Origin: the human T2T-CHM13v2.0 reference genome, Homo sapiens
Direction: 5' to 3' (one strand)
Assembly: GCF_009914755.1 (NCBI RefSeq)
Contig: NC_060926.1
DNA: 64,000 nt
Part shown: positions 12,791 through 27,034 of the stretch, one piece after another
Numbering within the stretch: the first letter of the stretch is position 1
How the letters are laid out: every line of letters begins with the position of its first letter
Program-made: the position numbers and the translations under genes
Notes under the pieces: model-generated
The model's input: only the letters and a program-made list of their open reading frames with translations
Told to the model about the DNA's origin: nothing
The model's database searches: none

Positions 12791-13654
12791 GTGAACCACA
12801 GGGAGATGAATTTCCAAAAGATGCTGCGATTCCTTGCCAGGTATGGTCAAGACAGAATGCCCAGCTGAGTTAGAGACTGGTGATTCTGATGCAAGAACTT
12901 TAGGAGTTCTTGGCTTTGTGGCCTTTGAATAGAGAACAGATCCATTCCCTGGCCCCTACTGCACTGCAGGATTTAGGAAGGTGGTGGACACCATGTGCAT
13001 GGCGGTGCCTGGCTGATTCTCACCATGTGAGCCTGTCAGCTACATCCTGCAGCACCCTGTTTGATGCCAGGGGCAGAGCCACGCCTACTCCCTGTGGAAA
13101 TACAGTTTCCGCACAGGCAGAAGGACATCTGTCTGAGAGATTGACATTAAAAAAACATTAAAAGGTGCCTTCTGTGTGGTACCAGTTTAGAGTGACCTGG
13201 CTGCTAATACTATCTTTTATTAAAGCTTCCAACAACAGTTACTGGAGAGCTACTAGGCTAAAAGGAAAGATTATTTTTGGCTCTCATACTTCCTGTTTGA
13301 GGAGAAAATGGTGTTCCAGAAAGACTTACAAAGACTGAGAAACTGCTAACATAATGACATTGAAGACGGGAGAGAAATTTCACACTGAAATTTTTATTTC
13401 AAGTGAGAGAAAAAGTGTGAAAATTATTTTGAGGGTGATGATAGAAACATGTTACAATCAGGAAACAGAAATATGTTCTACTTAAAAAGGCCTAATGTTA
13501 GAGGTGTATCGGATGGTTTTTGTGCCAAGTTTATCTTCCTGCATATGAAAAATTTTAGAAGTGTTACTAACAGGAATGACTCTACAGCAGAATGATTATT
13601 CAAAAATTGCCTTGTATTTAAACCTCCACAAAGATAGATTAAGATGAACTTCAG

Positions 13655-14570
13655 TTGACATCTGTTGTTTTTTCCTGCACAGCATCAGTCTCTCTTTCTC
13701 TGCTAATGGCACTTTGATTTCATCTTAAGGAATTAACCTTAGCTTTACCTTTTCTCAATCTGTGTAGTTTTGGTTGGCTTGAACTCCAAGGTTGAGTGCA
13801 TGGTCAAAGCTTGGCCATTGTCAAAAGGCAAAATTACAACATGTTTACTTTAAAAATCTTAATTGGTTTTTATTTGTGATTCTAGCACTGGGGGCAACAC
13901 ATCATCTTATAAAATAGAATTAGTGTTCTGATGAGCTGAGCAGAGGAGGTTGGCTTTACAGACAGAAAAGGGGTGAAGAAAAGCAGAAACAGGTATCAAA
14001 AAGAGGACTGGTTGTTTCAAAGTTACTTCCCTTGTAGGGTTAAAGCAGAGCGCACTTCCTTATTACACTGACTCGGGTTGACTAGAATCTCCAATTGTCT
14101 TTTTTTTAGTTGAAAACCAGCCCATTTCAAAGTTCGTTTTTCTTACGTGGCAGTTAGCACAAGTGACTCCATTCTGGTTTCGTCTGGTCTGCTGGGGCCT
14201 AGTGAAGAAGACTAATCCAAAACAATCACCTTCCATAAACTTTAACCCCATTTCGTCACTGTAATTGGTTCATGTTATGTGATCCAACTTAGGCTAATAA
14301 AGATCAGTGCCGAGATTTTTGCTTGACTACAGAAGAAAAGATACTCAGTTTTTGTTGTAATTGCTAAGCTGGTAGAATAAAAGGCCGTCGATGCTAGTGA
14401 CCACCTTTGCCTAGACCAAAGGCAACATGGTAGAGCCCACGATGTTGAGAAATGACACTTTGACAATATTGCTTCGGGCTGTGCCCGAAGTGATGGATTT
14501 CTCAACTCTATGAGCTTAAGCCAGTTTGATTTGGTCTTGGGTCACCTGCAAATGCAAATCCTAACTAATA
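13655..14570. mobile_element. Old ERVL-class LTR (LTR16/LTR33-like) split by a MER67-type LTR
   Basis: LTR33/16-like text on both sides of the insertion, ending gggtcacctgcaaatgcaaatcctaactaata. Confidence 0.5.
13819..14247 (-). mobile_element. MER67-type ERV1 solo LTR
   Basis: tgtcaaaaggcaaaattacaac...gtgactccattctggtttcgtctggtctgctggggcctagtg. 4-bp TSD ccat at 13815-13818 and 14248-14251. Confidence 0.75.
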
Positions 14571-16511
14571 GATGATGAGAGTATTGTAACTAACCACATA
14601 ATTCATTTGGAACTCAGTTGTCCAACAGCTTCACCTACGTGGAGCAAAGAAAACTGGGAACTGAGCACAAGGGAACTCTGAAGAAACAAAGTGTCACATA
14701 ATATATGCTGAAGATTCTGAGATGGACTCAGAAGCACGTCTTTTATTTAGAGTTGTGTGTAAAGTAAGAGTCAAATGCCCTCAGTAGTTTTGCTATTTGG
14801 TTTTCAAACCCGCAGCAGATAGGGAGTGTTATAAGGCAAGAAGTAGCCACACCAAGCAGGACCCAGAAGTGAGGAGCAATGAGGCAGTCTAACATGGGCA
14901 GAATCAGAGAAGCCACAAGGATTCCAAATCTATAACAGTCCAAGTCATTCAGCTTGAGGCCAAAAAGAACCTGTATCATGTGACTGTTGTTGGTAAGCCC
15001 TGTATCATCAGGAAAAGACTGCATGCTGGTCCACTGTTTGCTGTTTTAAAAGGTATGGAAGTACATAACACATTCTAGAAAGTGTTCCAAGTGTCTTAAT
15101 TTACAAAAAACAAGTTTTGGTTGTAAAAGGGGTAAATTTCATTAAATGGAAGAGCTCTCCACCAAGTTCAATTTCCTGAGGGTAATGGAAGTGTAGAAAT
15201 GCTTTTATATTGATTTAGAAGCAATGGTTTCTGAGGCCTTTTACGGTTTACCACTAAGTGAGGCAGCCTGTGGTTCTTGATTTTTCTCTGCTTCAGTGGA
15301 ACCACAAATTGGTTTTGCTGCGGGTGGTGAGGGAGAGAGGGACAGACCAACATGATGATGAAACCCGCGGAGGTCAATCTAACTGCATCTCAGAAGGGAC
15401 GTGACACGGTGCCACCTCTTTGAGCATTTGTTCTAGGTGGAATATTTCTGTGTGATAGATAATCTCTTTCAAATCTAAGAATCTATAATTACATGCTTGG
15501 TTTAAGTGGTTATTTTTTTCATTTAGTTTTAAGTAGTCTCCCATGGAATACAACTATTTTCTCAGATTCGCTTTTTCAGAATGCAAGAGTCATCTCAGGT
15601 GTAGATAATGACTTATCTTTCCAGAATCCCTGGGTTAGCCTGGGTTGTGGCCAAGAGAGCTGCCTAGTACAATTCCTGCTTCTCCTTCCATGGATTAGGG
15701 CTTTCTTAGGAAATGGCAGTCCAGCCAGGGACCACATTCCTTGGCTCCCCTTTTATCCAGCAGTGACCACATGATTAATTCTCACCAAGGGAACATGAGC
15801 AGATGTGATGTGTGTGGATTCTAAGTCATATTTTTGAGAAGCGTGTGTGCCTTCTTCATGATTTCTCCTCCAGTTAGATACAGAGGAGTCTGGTGGAGTC
15901 ACAAGTTGGAAGACATCTTGTTCTGGAGTTGCCACTTAGAGAAAAGACACCCTCTAACCAGTAATGCCTTCTTCAGACTGTTAGGTAGACGGTCAACAGG
16001 TGGTTTCGGGTGGTCCACAGATACAGTGTTAACATTTACTTGCACAGATTATTTCCTTTTTAGTTGTTTCACATTCTTTGATAGTGTCATTCCTTCTGCT
16101 GCACTAGATTTTAATACCTCTGTAATATAGTCTTTCCTTTAAATAAAAAAAGATAGCAGGTCTCAGAGTCTTCTGGTAGCAACGCTGTCTTGCTAGGATT
16201 AAAAAATATTGAATATTGATTTGTTTTCATTATACTTATTTTAGCATTCATCTTTTATTTATGGCAAGTAAAACTGGTTTTCTAACTATAATAGGAAAAT
16301 ACATTTTTCTTTTAAATATTTGTATTTTTAAGAGGAATGTGAGGTGATTAAAATATTAAGTAATAGGAATGGTGGTAGCTAAGATGAATGCACTACTATA
16401 AAATCCATTGATGAACTGGTTAGTATAAGATACTGCCATATTATTCTTCTGCAGGTTTTGGTATTGAGAATGAAGGTGACTAACTTTTCATTGAAAAACT
16501 GTTAAAAAATA

Positions 16512-16553
16512 GCAACAGAGTGAGACCCTGTCTCAAAAAAAAAAAAAAAAAAA
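16512..16553 (+). mobile_element. Alu 3' tip (23 nt) + A19
   Basis: gcaacagagtgagaccctgtctc followed by pure poly(A). Confidence 0.85.
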
Positions 16554-16680
16554 GAACCAAAAAAGTTAAACTAAGTGTGATTCATTCTACTCTCTGAAAA
16601 ATTCCATTTAGATCATTAGGATGAAATCTCGTGGTATTTTAAAATTTGGGCTATCTTCATTTCTGATAAATGACATTTAT

Positions 16681-17668
16681 AAAAAACAACTTTATTGAGA
16701 TATAATTGATATATCATATAATCACCTGTTTAAAGTGTACCATTCGGTGCTTTTTAGTATATTTATAGAGTTGTGCACCATCACCATAACTAATCTTAGA
16801 ATAATTTCATCGCCCTGAAATAGACAACCTGCACCTATTCAGTCCCCTTTCCCTCCAAATCTGCTGCCCCAAGCTCTAGATAACCACTAACTTACTTAAT
16901 GTCTCTATAGATTGACTTATTCTGGATATTTCACATATATGGAATCCTACAATATGTGTGCTTTTTATGACCAGCTGCTTTGACTTAGCATAATGTTTTC
17001 GAGGTTCATCCGTGTTGTAGCATGTATTAATACTTCATTTCCTTTTATTGTCAAATAATATTCCATTACATGTATATGCTACAGTTGTTTATCCATTTAC
17101 CAATTGATGAACATTTGGGTTGCTTCAATGTTTGGCTATTACAAATATTATTGCTGTGAACATTCATGTGTAAGTTTCTGTGTGGATGTATGTGATCACT
17201 TCCCTTGGGTAAGTATTAACGAGTAAAATTGCTGGGTCATGTGGTAACTGTGTTTAACCTTTTAAGGAAGAGCTAAACTGTTTTCCAAAGTGGCTGCACT
17301 GTTTTACATTACCATTAGCAATATATGATGGTTTGAATTTTTTTTTACATCCTCACCAACCCTTACCCTCTGTCTAATTGATTACAGCCATCCTTGTGGA
17401 TGTGAAGTGGTACTGATTCTGGTTTCCTTGCTGGCCAAGGATGTTGAGTATCTTTTTATGTGCTGCTAGTCATCTGTATGTCTTCTTTGGAGAAAGGTCT
17501 AGTCAGATCATTTGCCCATTTTTAATTGGGTTGTTTATTATTTTATTATTGAGTTTTAGGATGTCTGTGTTTACTTTGAATACAAGTCCTTTATTAGATA
17601 CGTGATTTGCAAACAATTTCTTTCATTTTGTAAGTTGCCTTTTTACTTTCTTGATGGTGTTATTTGCA
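16681..17668 (-). mobile_element. L1MB-type LINE-1 3' end
   Basis: aactttattgagatataatt...tttaaagtgtac...ttttagtatatttatagagttgtgc is the L1MB 3' end in reverse, continuing into the ORF2 C-terminal region. Confidence 0.9.
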
Positions 17669-17710
17669 CTACCCCATGACTTTTTATAGCCTCCATGACC
17701 TCAGAATTTT

Positions 17711-17764
17711 ATCCATCAATTGATCCATCCATCCATCCATCCATCCATCCATCCATCCACCCAT
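17711..17764. repeat. (TCCA)n microsatellite
   Basis: About 9-10 tandem TCCA units. Confidence 0.95.
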
Positions 17765-18133
17765 TTATTCAATGATTCACTGATGAGGAGCCTGTTGATT
17801 GACTTTTTCTCCTCCTTCAAGTATGAAAGGTTTTAATATAAAGAAAAGAGAGGCTTATTCATTGGTTGGGAGGGCAAGGGGAGCAAAGGTCAGGGAAGCT
17901 CTTGTCAGCTGTTAGCCTGTGGCACCAAAGTGGGTGATTCTTGAGTTCACCGGGAAACCACTGTGACTCTCGATAACCTCTGGGTAGCTCCCATCAACAG
18001 AACTTTTTCTGGATCTGATCGATTTCCTTTCCTGACTTGTGAGTGAGAGGATTTTTCTGTGGTATGAAGTAACCAAGTGAAAAAAACTTTAATGGAAAAC
18101 ACAGTAAGGAACAGGTGTGTATTTCACTGGTTA

Positions 18134-18574
<441 letters not shown>

Positions 18575-18854
18575 TCAGAAAAGTGTTTTATGTAAAATGT
18601 TTATATTCATTTTCCACTCGGCACATACTTCACACCTCCCTCTTAAGAAAATAACAAAACAAAACTCAATACCTTATTTCCTTTGGAAAAGTCTGGATAT
18701 TTTAGAACACTTCAAGTTAAACTGCATTATATGCTGTTCAACTGGTAACTGCAAACAGTTATCTCAGGTGAGTTTGTGTAGTCATAAAGGGGAGCAAGGT
18801 TTGTGGCCAAACTTAATTAGCTTTGCCTTTTTCTTTGAACTGCAATCTGTGTTC

Positions 18855-18990
18855 CAAATGACAGTTGGCTTCAATTTCCTCATTTGTGTCATATATATAA
18901 CAACATATACTTCATTATACGATTAACAATGTGTACATGCCTCATTCAGTGCCTGGCTTAGAGTAGGTGATCCATTCATTTATTAACTTT
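18855..18990 (+). mobile_element. MIR fragment
   Basis: gcttcaatttcctcatttgt...cagtgcctggcttagagtagg. Confidence 0.55.
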
Positions 18991-19830
18991 CATCTTTTCT
19001 TGATTTTGAATGCAGAAGGTCAAGCCTGGAGAATGTGGTTACATTTACACAATGGAGAAAACAATTTATACAAAATACCTTAGGATCAGGCATCCGCATA
19101 CGAAGAGAACATTTGCAAGTATACTTCCCTTTAAGGATTGGATGGGGGGTGTGGTATGGTAAGATATCAGGTGTATGGAATGCTTGGAAATGCCAGATTT
19201 TCAGTCACAGAGGCCACAGTTTGCCTGACACCCCTTGGGTGGTCAGTGGAGACACATGCAGATCAGAGGGCTGGCTCTGGATCAGGGCTCCCTGTGCAAT
19301 CTCACTGGGAAACATCTGCTTTACGGAAAGAAGCAGACCAAATGGCCCCAGGAAAGATTCAAGTCAGATGGAAAAAATGAAGTCTCTTAAGCCCTAGGCT
19401 TAAGTTCATTTCCTAAAAAAGGCACATGGTGTACTTAGTAGCATTTTTAGAGGAATGTCATTCCTTGACATTGGTTGATGGTCTGGGATGCACTCTACAG
19501 TGAAGATAGGGTGTGTGGCTCGAAAGAAGGGCAGAGTCTTCAGATTGGGCCAAGTGAATGAGGAGGTTGTCCCTTTTATTTTATGATTCATGATCTTGCT
19601 TCAGCTCTGGGTGATCCTCTTTGATTTGAACTTCCCTTCTCATTCAAAGACATGCAGACATAGCATGTGTCATAACACTGAGGTTAAGTAATGCAATAGC
19701 ATGGATCTTGGACATCTACTAGCCACAAGGCACTGCGTGAAGCTCTGTAGGGGTTGTAGATAGACAGGTATAGGATACCATCATTTTCCCCAGAAACTGG
19801 CAGTGGAGTTGAAAAGATAAGCAAGACATC

Positions 19831-20218
19831 TATGATGCTTAGTTTGATGTGTCAACTTGGCTAGACTATAGTATCCAGTTATTTAATCAGACACTACTCT
19901 AGGGGTTGCTATGAAGGTATCTTGTAGATGTGGATGGCATCTACACTCAGTCGGCTCTAAGTAAAGGAAATCACCCTTGATAATGTAGTGTCATCTAATC
20001 AGTTGAAGGCCTTAAAAGCAAAAAGTGAGGTTTCTTGGATAAGAAGACATTCTGCCTTAATACTGCACCATCAACTACTGCTGAGTTTCCAGCCTGCTGG
20101 ACTGCCCTACAGATTTCAGACTTGCCAGACCTCACAACTATGTGAGCCAATTCCTTAAAATTAACAGGTACCCTCCCCAGCCCTTTATGGGTCTCTTTCT
20201 CTGGAAAATCACTGACAC
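19831..20218 (+). mobile_element. MLT2 (MLT2D-like) solo LTR
   Basis: tatgatgcttagtttgatgtgtcaacttggctag...gtgagccaattccttaaaa...tctctggaaaatcactgacaca. Confidence 0.85.
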
Positions 20219-20249
20219 AGGATCCAATAGCTTGATGCAAAGCACAACG

Positions 20250-20390
20250 TATGCTCCATAAGAGCAGGGTCTTTGTTTTGTTGACTCGTGTATCTCAGCA
20301 GTTAAAACAATGCCTGGCATCTGCTTGACACTCAATAAATACTTCTTGGATGAATGGAGAGATGGTTTGGTGGCTGGATGAATGGATGAA
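20250..20390 (+). mobile_element. L2 3' end
   Basis: gctccataagagcaggg...acaatgcctggca...ctcaataaatacttcttggatgaatg. Confidence 0.75.
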
Positions 20391-20839
20391 ATAATTGTGG
20401 TATGAACAACAGGAATAGTACAGAATGTTACTACTCCCCAGACAAAATCATAGCATTCTTAGAATCAACCTTCAATTTCAATTTTTATGCTTTTTTTTCT
20501 CCTAAAACTAGAATGTATCACATGTAAAATGATGAGGAGTCTGAACCAAAAGCCGCCTGTTCCACTTGCCGGTGATTAGTTTAAAAATGGGGTGGGGAGG
20601 GCCTAGATTCTGGACTGTGGGATGTTAAGAAGTATATTACATGTGGCTGGGAAAGTTTTCTTCTCCTGAAACAAAAATCCTCTTTCTTCTCTGGATATAA
20701 AGTTAACTGTATATGATGCTTTAAGTTTCTGTAGCCATTTTTTATAGTGGAACAAGGGCTGAGCCACAAGAATTACAGAGAAATAGAGCAAGAGTCCTGA
20801 TACAGCACATCTGAAGCCCATCTTAGCTGAATTCGGGAC

Positions 20840-20851
20840 TGTATGTGTGTT

Positions 20852-20888
<37 letters not shown>

Positions 20889-20903
20889 TAAGAAGAGAGA
20901 GAG
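20840..20903. repeat. Compound (TG)n(AG)n microsatellite
   Basis: Directly visible. Confidence 0.95.
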
Positions 20904-21320
20904 AATAAATTTGTCTTTTGTTTAAGATGGTTTGAACCATGGTTTTTGTTACCTGAGCTAAAGGCATCTTGATTCATTAAATGAAAATACAGTCATGCTA
21001 GAATGGCTAGAAGTGGCTAGTAGTTAAGAAAACTTTAAAAAGCTGAGTGTGTTTGATATCAGCAATGATGAGTTGCTTACCAGGATAATTTAGTTGTTGG
21101 TATACATTGGTTTAGGTACTCCTTAATTGGGAAGTTTCTTAAAAACCAGGGAAAAGCTCCTGAAGAATCTGAAAGAACACTGAAGTACCCATGTATTAAT
21201 AGTGGAAGACATTACACAAAATTGCAACCCTATGTCCTTCACTCAAAAACCAGTGGAGGTAGTTTCAAGGGGTCTACAAGCAAAAAGCTGCCTAATTCTC
21301 AACAGCTCTTTGCTTGTTCT

Positions 21321-21554
21321 TTTTTTTTTTTTTTTTTTTTTTGAGATAGGGTCTCACTCTGTCACCTAGGCTGGAGTACAGTGGCGCAATCTCAGCTCAC
21401 TGCAATGTCTGCCTCCCGAGTTCAGTGATTCTCCCACCTCAGCCTGCCGAGTACAGGCATGCGCCACCACACCCAGCTAGTTTTTTTTTTGTTGTTGTTT
21501 TTTTGTTTTTTTTTTTTTTTAGTCAAGACGGGGTTTCTCCATACTGGCCAGGCT
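21321..21554 (-). mobile_element. 5'-truncated Alu with expanded T-rich linker
   Basis: Poly(T), right arm, long (T/GTT) linker at 21481-21520, partial left arm. Degenerate TSD tctttgcttgttct / tctttgttttttct. Confidence 0.9.
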
Positions 21555-21706
21555 TCTTTGTTTTTTCTGAGTGAGTTATCACATTTTACACCCTGGACTA
21601 TTGCATCCCAATGTTGTTCCTAATAGCCTTCAGGGGATATAGGGTGCCAGGGTGGAGCTGGAAGGATTATATATGTGTCTGTTTTGCTGGTTTGTTCTTG
21701 ACAGGG

Positions 21707-22215
21707 TGTTAAGGAATGTGAAGGATCTGAGATTTTACTCCATTTACAAGTTAACAAGTTTGTCTGCCAGCCCTGGGGATGATGGCAGAAGACATGAGAC
21801 TCCTGTGTCAGAGACAAAAGATGTTATTATTCACTCATGGCAGAGCAAGCACATAAACATCATGTTTATATTGGTCACCTGCCCCTCCATGTCTTATGGG
21901 GTTGATGTGGAGGGACCCAGGTGAATGCTGTGCATTCAGTGGGCTGACCTCACACCTGAGGAACCCTTGGCTTAGGGAACCTGAATCTTAGGGCTGCTAG
22001 CAAACCTTCCCTTTTCTCTGGAGAGAGACATCATCTTTTCTATGCTGGGCAGTAGGCAAAACTTCCCTTTACTCTGGAGGCTGTCACTATCTCTATCTTG
22101 CAATGCTGCTTACTATACAGACATCCTTCAAAAGATAGTCCAGGGTGAAAACACAGTTAGTGCTATGCTCCCAGGACACTCAGAAATGCAAGAGTTACAG
22201 GGAAACTGCCTCCCT
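21707..22215 (-). mobile_element. ERVL-class solo LTR (MER54/MER73/MER74 group)
   Basis: tctgagattttactcc...ggcagaagacatgagactcctgtgtcagagacaaa...acatccttcaaaagatagtcc matches this recalled LTR group. Confidence 0.65.
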
Positions 22216-22479
22216 GGAAGGGGCTAGGGAGGGGCTTAGGGAATTGGGGAGAGTCTAGCTGGGTTTATAGGATACCAAAGTTGTGACCCGCTAGATTACC
22301 AGTGTGAATGCATAGTAGTGTTTTGGTGGATGGTTTTGTGACAAGAAGATGTGAAACCCCACAGACAGTTTAGGATGATTACCAAATAGGAAGGGATATT
22401 GCTATAGCTCTTTGTTTGGGGCAATGAAGTATTTCACTGGAGCTGCTTAGAAATAAAGTGTTCTGTTCCATTGAAAATG

Positions 22480-22690
22480 AGAAAAGCAGCTAACACCTAC
22501 AAAGTGCATTCTGTGTACCAGTGAGAGAGCTAAATTCTTTGTTTAGACTAACTTATTATCACTACAACATTATGAGATAGGGGCCATAATTTTCCTCAAT
22601 ATGCAGATGAGGAAAATGAGGCACAGAGAAAAATTAGGATTATAAAAGAACAATTTCAGAATATCACACAGCAACTAAAAGAGTGGGAAG
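22480..22690 (-). mobile_element. MIR
   Basis: gcagctaacacctac...cagatgaggaaaatgaggcacagaga. Confidence 0.7.
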
Positions 22691-23022
22691 ATTGAGGGCC
22701 TGCCTGAGAAATCCAGGGAAGGCATTTCCTATCAGAGCATTACTTGGTCGACCTGTCAGGATCAGAGTTGGGCTGGAGCTACCTGGAATTAAATTGGAAC
22801 ACTCTTTCCTATCCCTACCTTAAAGACAATGCTTGATAATCAAGATATTGTATGAGCATGAAGAGGAGAAGGAAGTAGAGAAAAAAGAGTCAATGCTATA
22901 GACCCTCATAGTTAATATCTACTGACACAAAGATGGATAATCAGGAAGCGGGAAGGGTGGTGACATGATTTGCCTCCATGTCTGTCTTAATGGGCAACTG
23001 TAGTCAAAATGCTTATCCCCAG

Positions 23023-23414
23023 TGTATTAGTCTGTTCAGGCTGCCATAACAAAATGCTGCAGACTGGGTGGTTTACACAACTGAAATTTATTTTCTCACC
23101 ATTTTGGAGGCTGAAAGTCCAAGACCAAGGTGCCAGCAGGGTCTGTTTCTGGCAAGGCCTCTCTCCTTGGCTTCAGATGATGCCTTCTCTCTGTGTTCTC
23201 CCGTGGTCTTTTCCCTGTGCACACAAAGAGAGAGCTCTCTGGTGTCTCTTCTTCTTGTAAGGCTATCAGTCCTGTTGGATTAGGGCACAACCTTTATGAC
23301 CCCTTCAACCTTTATTATCTCCTTATAGGCCCTTTCCCCAAATACAGTCACATTGGGGGTTAGGGCTTCAACCTATAAATTTTTTAGGAGGGGGATACAA
23401 TTCAGTCCATGACA
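23023..23414 (-). mobile_element. MLT1A-type MaLR solo LTR
   Basis: tgtattagtctgttcaggctgccataacaaaat ... caattcagtccatgaca. Perfect 5-bp TSD cccag at 23018-23022 and 23415-23419. Confidence 0.9.
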
Positions 23415-23640
23415 CCCAGTTTTCAGATAAGAAAATGAAACATTAGCGAAGTCAGCAATACCTACCTCATAGAATTAAAAGAGATTTTGTATTTTGTCTG
23501 GCAGATCATGGGTGCTCAGTCAATATCACCTCCCTTCCTTATGTTTTAATGATCAGCTAAGGCGGGCGTTGATTTATTGCATGTTCAGCATAGGGAGGGG
23601 TCATGGAAGGTTAGGGAATGGATGGGGAGGAGATGAATGC

Positions 23641-24205
23641 TTCACTAGTTTTATCTTGCTGCATAACAAATTACCACAAATTCAGTGGCCTAAGACACCA
23701 TTCATTTATAATTTGCATTTACCATGAGTTAGGAGTCCAGACATGGCTTACTTGGATTCTGTGCTCAGGAACTCATGAGGCTGAAATGAAGTTGCTGCCT
23801 GGGTTGCATTCCTTCCTGGAGCCAGAGTTTTCCTCTGAGCTTTTGAGATTGTTGACCGAGTTCAGTTCCTTGGGGTTGTAGGACTCAGGTCCCCATTTTC
23901 CTGCTGGTTGACAGTGGCTGGGGACACTGTCAGCTCCTAGGGGCCACTCCCATTCCTTGCTATGTGGACCTCTGATAGATTCCCTTGCAACATGACAGCT
24001 TAGTTCATTAAAGCCAGCAAGAGAATCTTACTCCAGTGTGCTGAAACAGTGTTTCAAGTAATGTCACATAATCATGGGGGTAACATCTCATCACCATTGC
24101 CATATTTTATTGGCTAGAAGTAAGTCACAAGTGCTGCCCACATTCACAGGGAGGGATTATACAAGGCTGTGACTCATTGAAGATTACCATAAGGTTTGTC
24201 AGCCT
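23641..24205 (-). mobile_element. MLT1E/F-type MaLR LTR
   Basis: ttgctgcataacaaattaccacaaattcagtggcc...ttggctagaagtaagtcac...gggagggattatacaagg. Confidence 0.8.
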
Positions 24206-24859
24206 TTGGCAGAAAGGATAAAAGGGGTTGGTGCTGATGGCAACTGCCATCTGCTTTGTATGACATCTGTCATATATGCTGTGGGTGATCAAACTTGAAG
24301 ATGGATTAGCAGCTGAAGAATGGCATCAAGAATGTAGTTGTTGAGTTTTCAGATGGCCTGATATAATAGGGTGCTGAGAGTCTGAAAGATAGAAATCGAA
24401 TTCCAGACAGTAGTCTGAAAGATAGGAAAGGAAGAAATTAGACCCTCTAAAAGAGTGTAAAATTCAGTTAGGGCAAATCACTACCACTTACTTGAAGACA
24501 CAAACTAAACCGTCCTCAAAATCAAAATGAATAGATAAACTATTTTTAAAAAGACTCTATTGTCTTAATTCTACTAAGCTCAATGAGAGTGTAGCATGTG
24601 GGTCAGTTATGTAGTAGAAGTAGTGATATTAGATAGAGGTACAAACGGTCTATTTCTCATTCCAGGAAAAGTATTGACTTCTACAGGTGAAGAATATTGA
24701 GCTTCTCTCTTTCTGCCCATAGAGTTTGTTCTATACTTTTGAGAGAGTGCAACATTTAGCGAGGTGTAATGGAACTTCAGGAGTTTCAGAAAGGAATACA
24801 TGATTTGATCATGAGGAAGAAGGACTGGTTGTGATGATGGCCCTTCTCTGAAGGTAGAG

Positions 24860-25120
24860 CCTGTGGTGGACCTGGGACTTGAACCTGGGGAGTCTGGCTT
24901 CAGGCTCTGTTTGAACTCTCTACTTGTTACTGATAGGAGAGTCACCTTGGTTCCAGAGCTGCTTCATTTCATAGTTTTAGTCCTTTTCTGAGGTTCAGGT
25001 GTATCCTTGTCCTTATATAGAATGTAATATCCCCTTATAATAAATTCCTTGTGAAGTTTTATTAAACATTTATTAAAGCTGGTTTCTGTTACTTGCGTAC
25101 AGAAATAATTTAACTAAGAC
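24860..25120 (+). mobile_element. Old MaLR LTR 3' part
   Basis: aataaattcc...gtttctgttacttgc...taactaagaca terminus. Confidence 0.5.
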
Positions 25121-25492
25121 AGTTGTTGACTCATAAAAGAAAAAGCAGTGAAGGCTTCATGATTGTTATTTCAGACACGAAAAGTCAACACGACTTTCCA
25201 GCTGTATAGAATTCAACAGGAAATGGGTTTAAGTTTCAGGAAAGAGCATTTTATTAGACCATTGGAGTCCATAATAAGTCTCTAGCCTAATAAGCAAGAG
25301 AAAATTATAGATTAAGTTCTTAGGATCTTCAAAAACCAGAAAAATTACAAACCAGTGTAAAGTAGGAGACTGGAGCTGAAGATTCTTTGAGGTCTTTTAC
25401 ACATACATTTCTAAAAATAAAAGACTGCATAATTCCAACATACTGGAGAGTAGGGAGTGGAGGGGTGAGCTTGTAGAAGTTCTTTGGGGACT

Positions 25493-25882
<390 letters not shown>

Positions 25883-26721
25883 TCATGTAGGGAAACTGAG
25901 GTAGAAGGAATCATGCCTGCTGTGGTTTAAGTTTCTCGAGGTCAGGCACTTCCTCTTTTCCCAGCACTGTAGGAAGCTGTCATTTAATTTTGAGAATGAT
26001 GACAACTGCATAATTAGTAGGAGGATATTAAGATAATAAATTGTGTTTAACTTGAATATTTTAAAGAGTTTATTAGTGTTTTACATTTTGGATTGGGTGT
26101 CAGATGCTTCATAATAATCTTAAATCACTAAATGAAGGATTCATGACTCAGATATTCTTTGGAAATCTTTGATATCACATGGCAGCCTTCAGCAGCCTTA
26201 CCAGAACATTGTATTCTTGACTGGCTAGTGCATTTTAGAAGGAACTTCATTTCTTTTGAGGTACTACAAAGAGTCACTGGAATGTTATCAGGTCCTCATG
26301 ATATGAATTATGTAAAAAGTAGCCGCATTGATCTTGTTCTATAATGAAAAACTTAATGTCTAAAACCTCTGAGGGAGATTACCAAAAATTCTTCACATTT
26401 AAGATAGCCATTGGGATGCAAAATGTAGTCACCAATGTTTGCTGTGCTCCAAGACACTGCTAGATTCTTCACACTTATTACCAGTGTTTAGAAAACCTGT
26501 AGGAACAAGAATAGGGCAGCTCAGATGCCAAAGATCATCAAGCATTGCAAGAGAGGTAGCCAGAGAGATTTCATTCGCATAAATTAAAAAAAAAGTCTCA
26601 GTAAGCCGCAACTGTGGTTCTCTTTGTTTTGGTTCATGCGAGCATCTTGAAGACCAAAACTTTCTGGAAGCATAGACCTTCCCCACATTTTGTGACAGAG
26701 TGATGACACATACTTGTCATT

Positions 26722-26880
26722 TGAGAGGCACCATGCTATAGTGAAAGAAGCCAGATTTGGAGTCACCGGCTATACACTCTGTAATTTACATCTTCTGTTA
26801 CCTGACCTCCCTGAGCCTTCGTTTTCTCATCAATAAACTGAGGATCAAAAGGATCCTCCCAAAGTTGTTATGAGGCTCAG
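26722..26880 (+). mobile_element. MIR
   Basis: gaggcaccatgctatagtg...acctccctgagccttcgttttctcatc. Confidence 0.7.
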
Positions 26881-27034
26881 TGGACCTCCAGAAGGGATGG
26901 CACTGATTAGCACTGACTAAGATTCAGTGATTGAGAATCACCAAATGACAGTGATATCACTGATTGAGAATCAGCACAAGCCATAGTCACCACTATCCAC
27001 GGTGGTCTGAGGGTGGGCTCTCCTATCTGGCCAC

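Noticed and set aside
15350-15430. ATGATGA box-C-like motif suggesting a C/D snoRNA
   Set aside because: No CTGA box D at a suitable distance and no terminal stem.
26900-26975. Repeated tgattgagaatca and gcactga; also short duplications at 27693, 28574 and 2582
   Set aside because: Short slippage-type duplications with no further structure.
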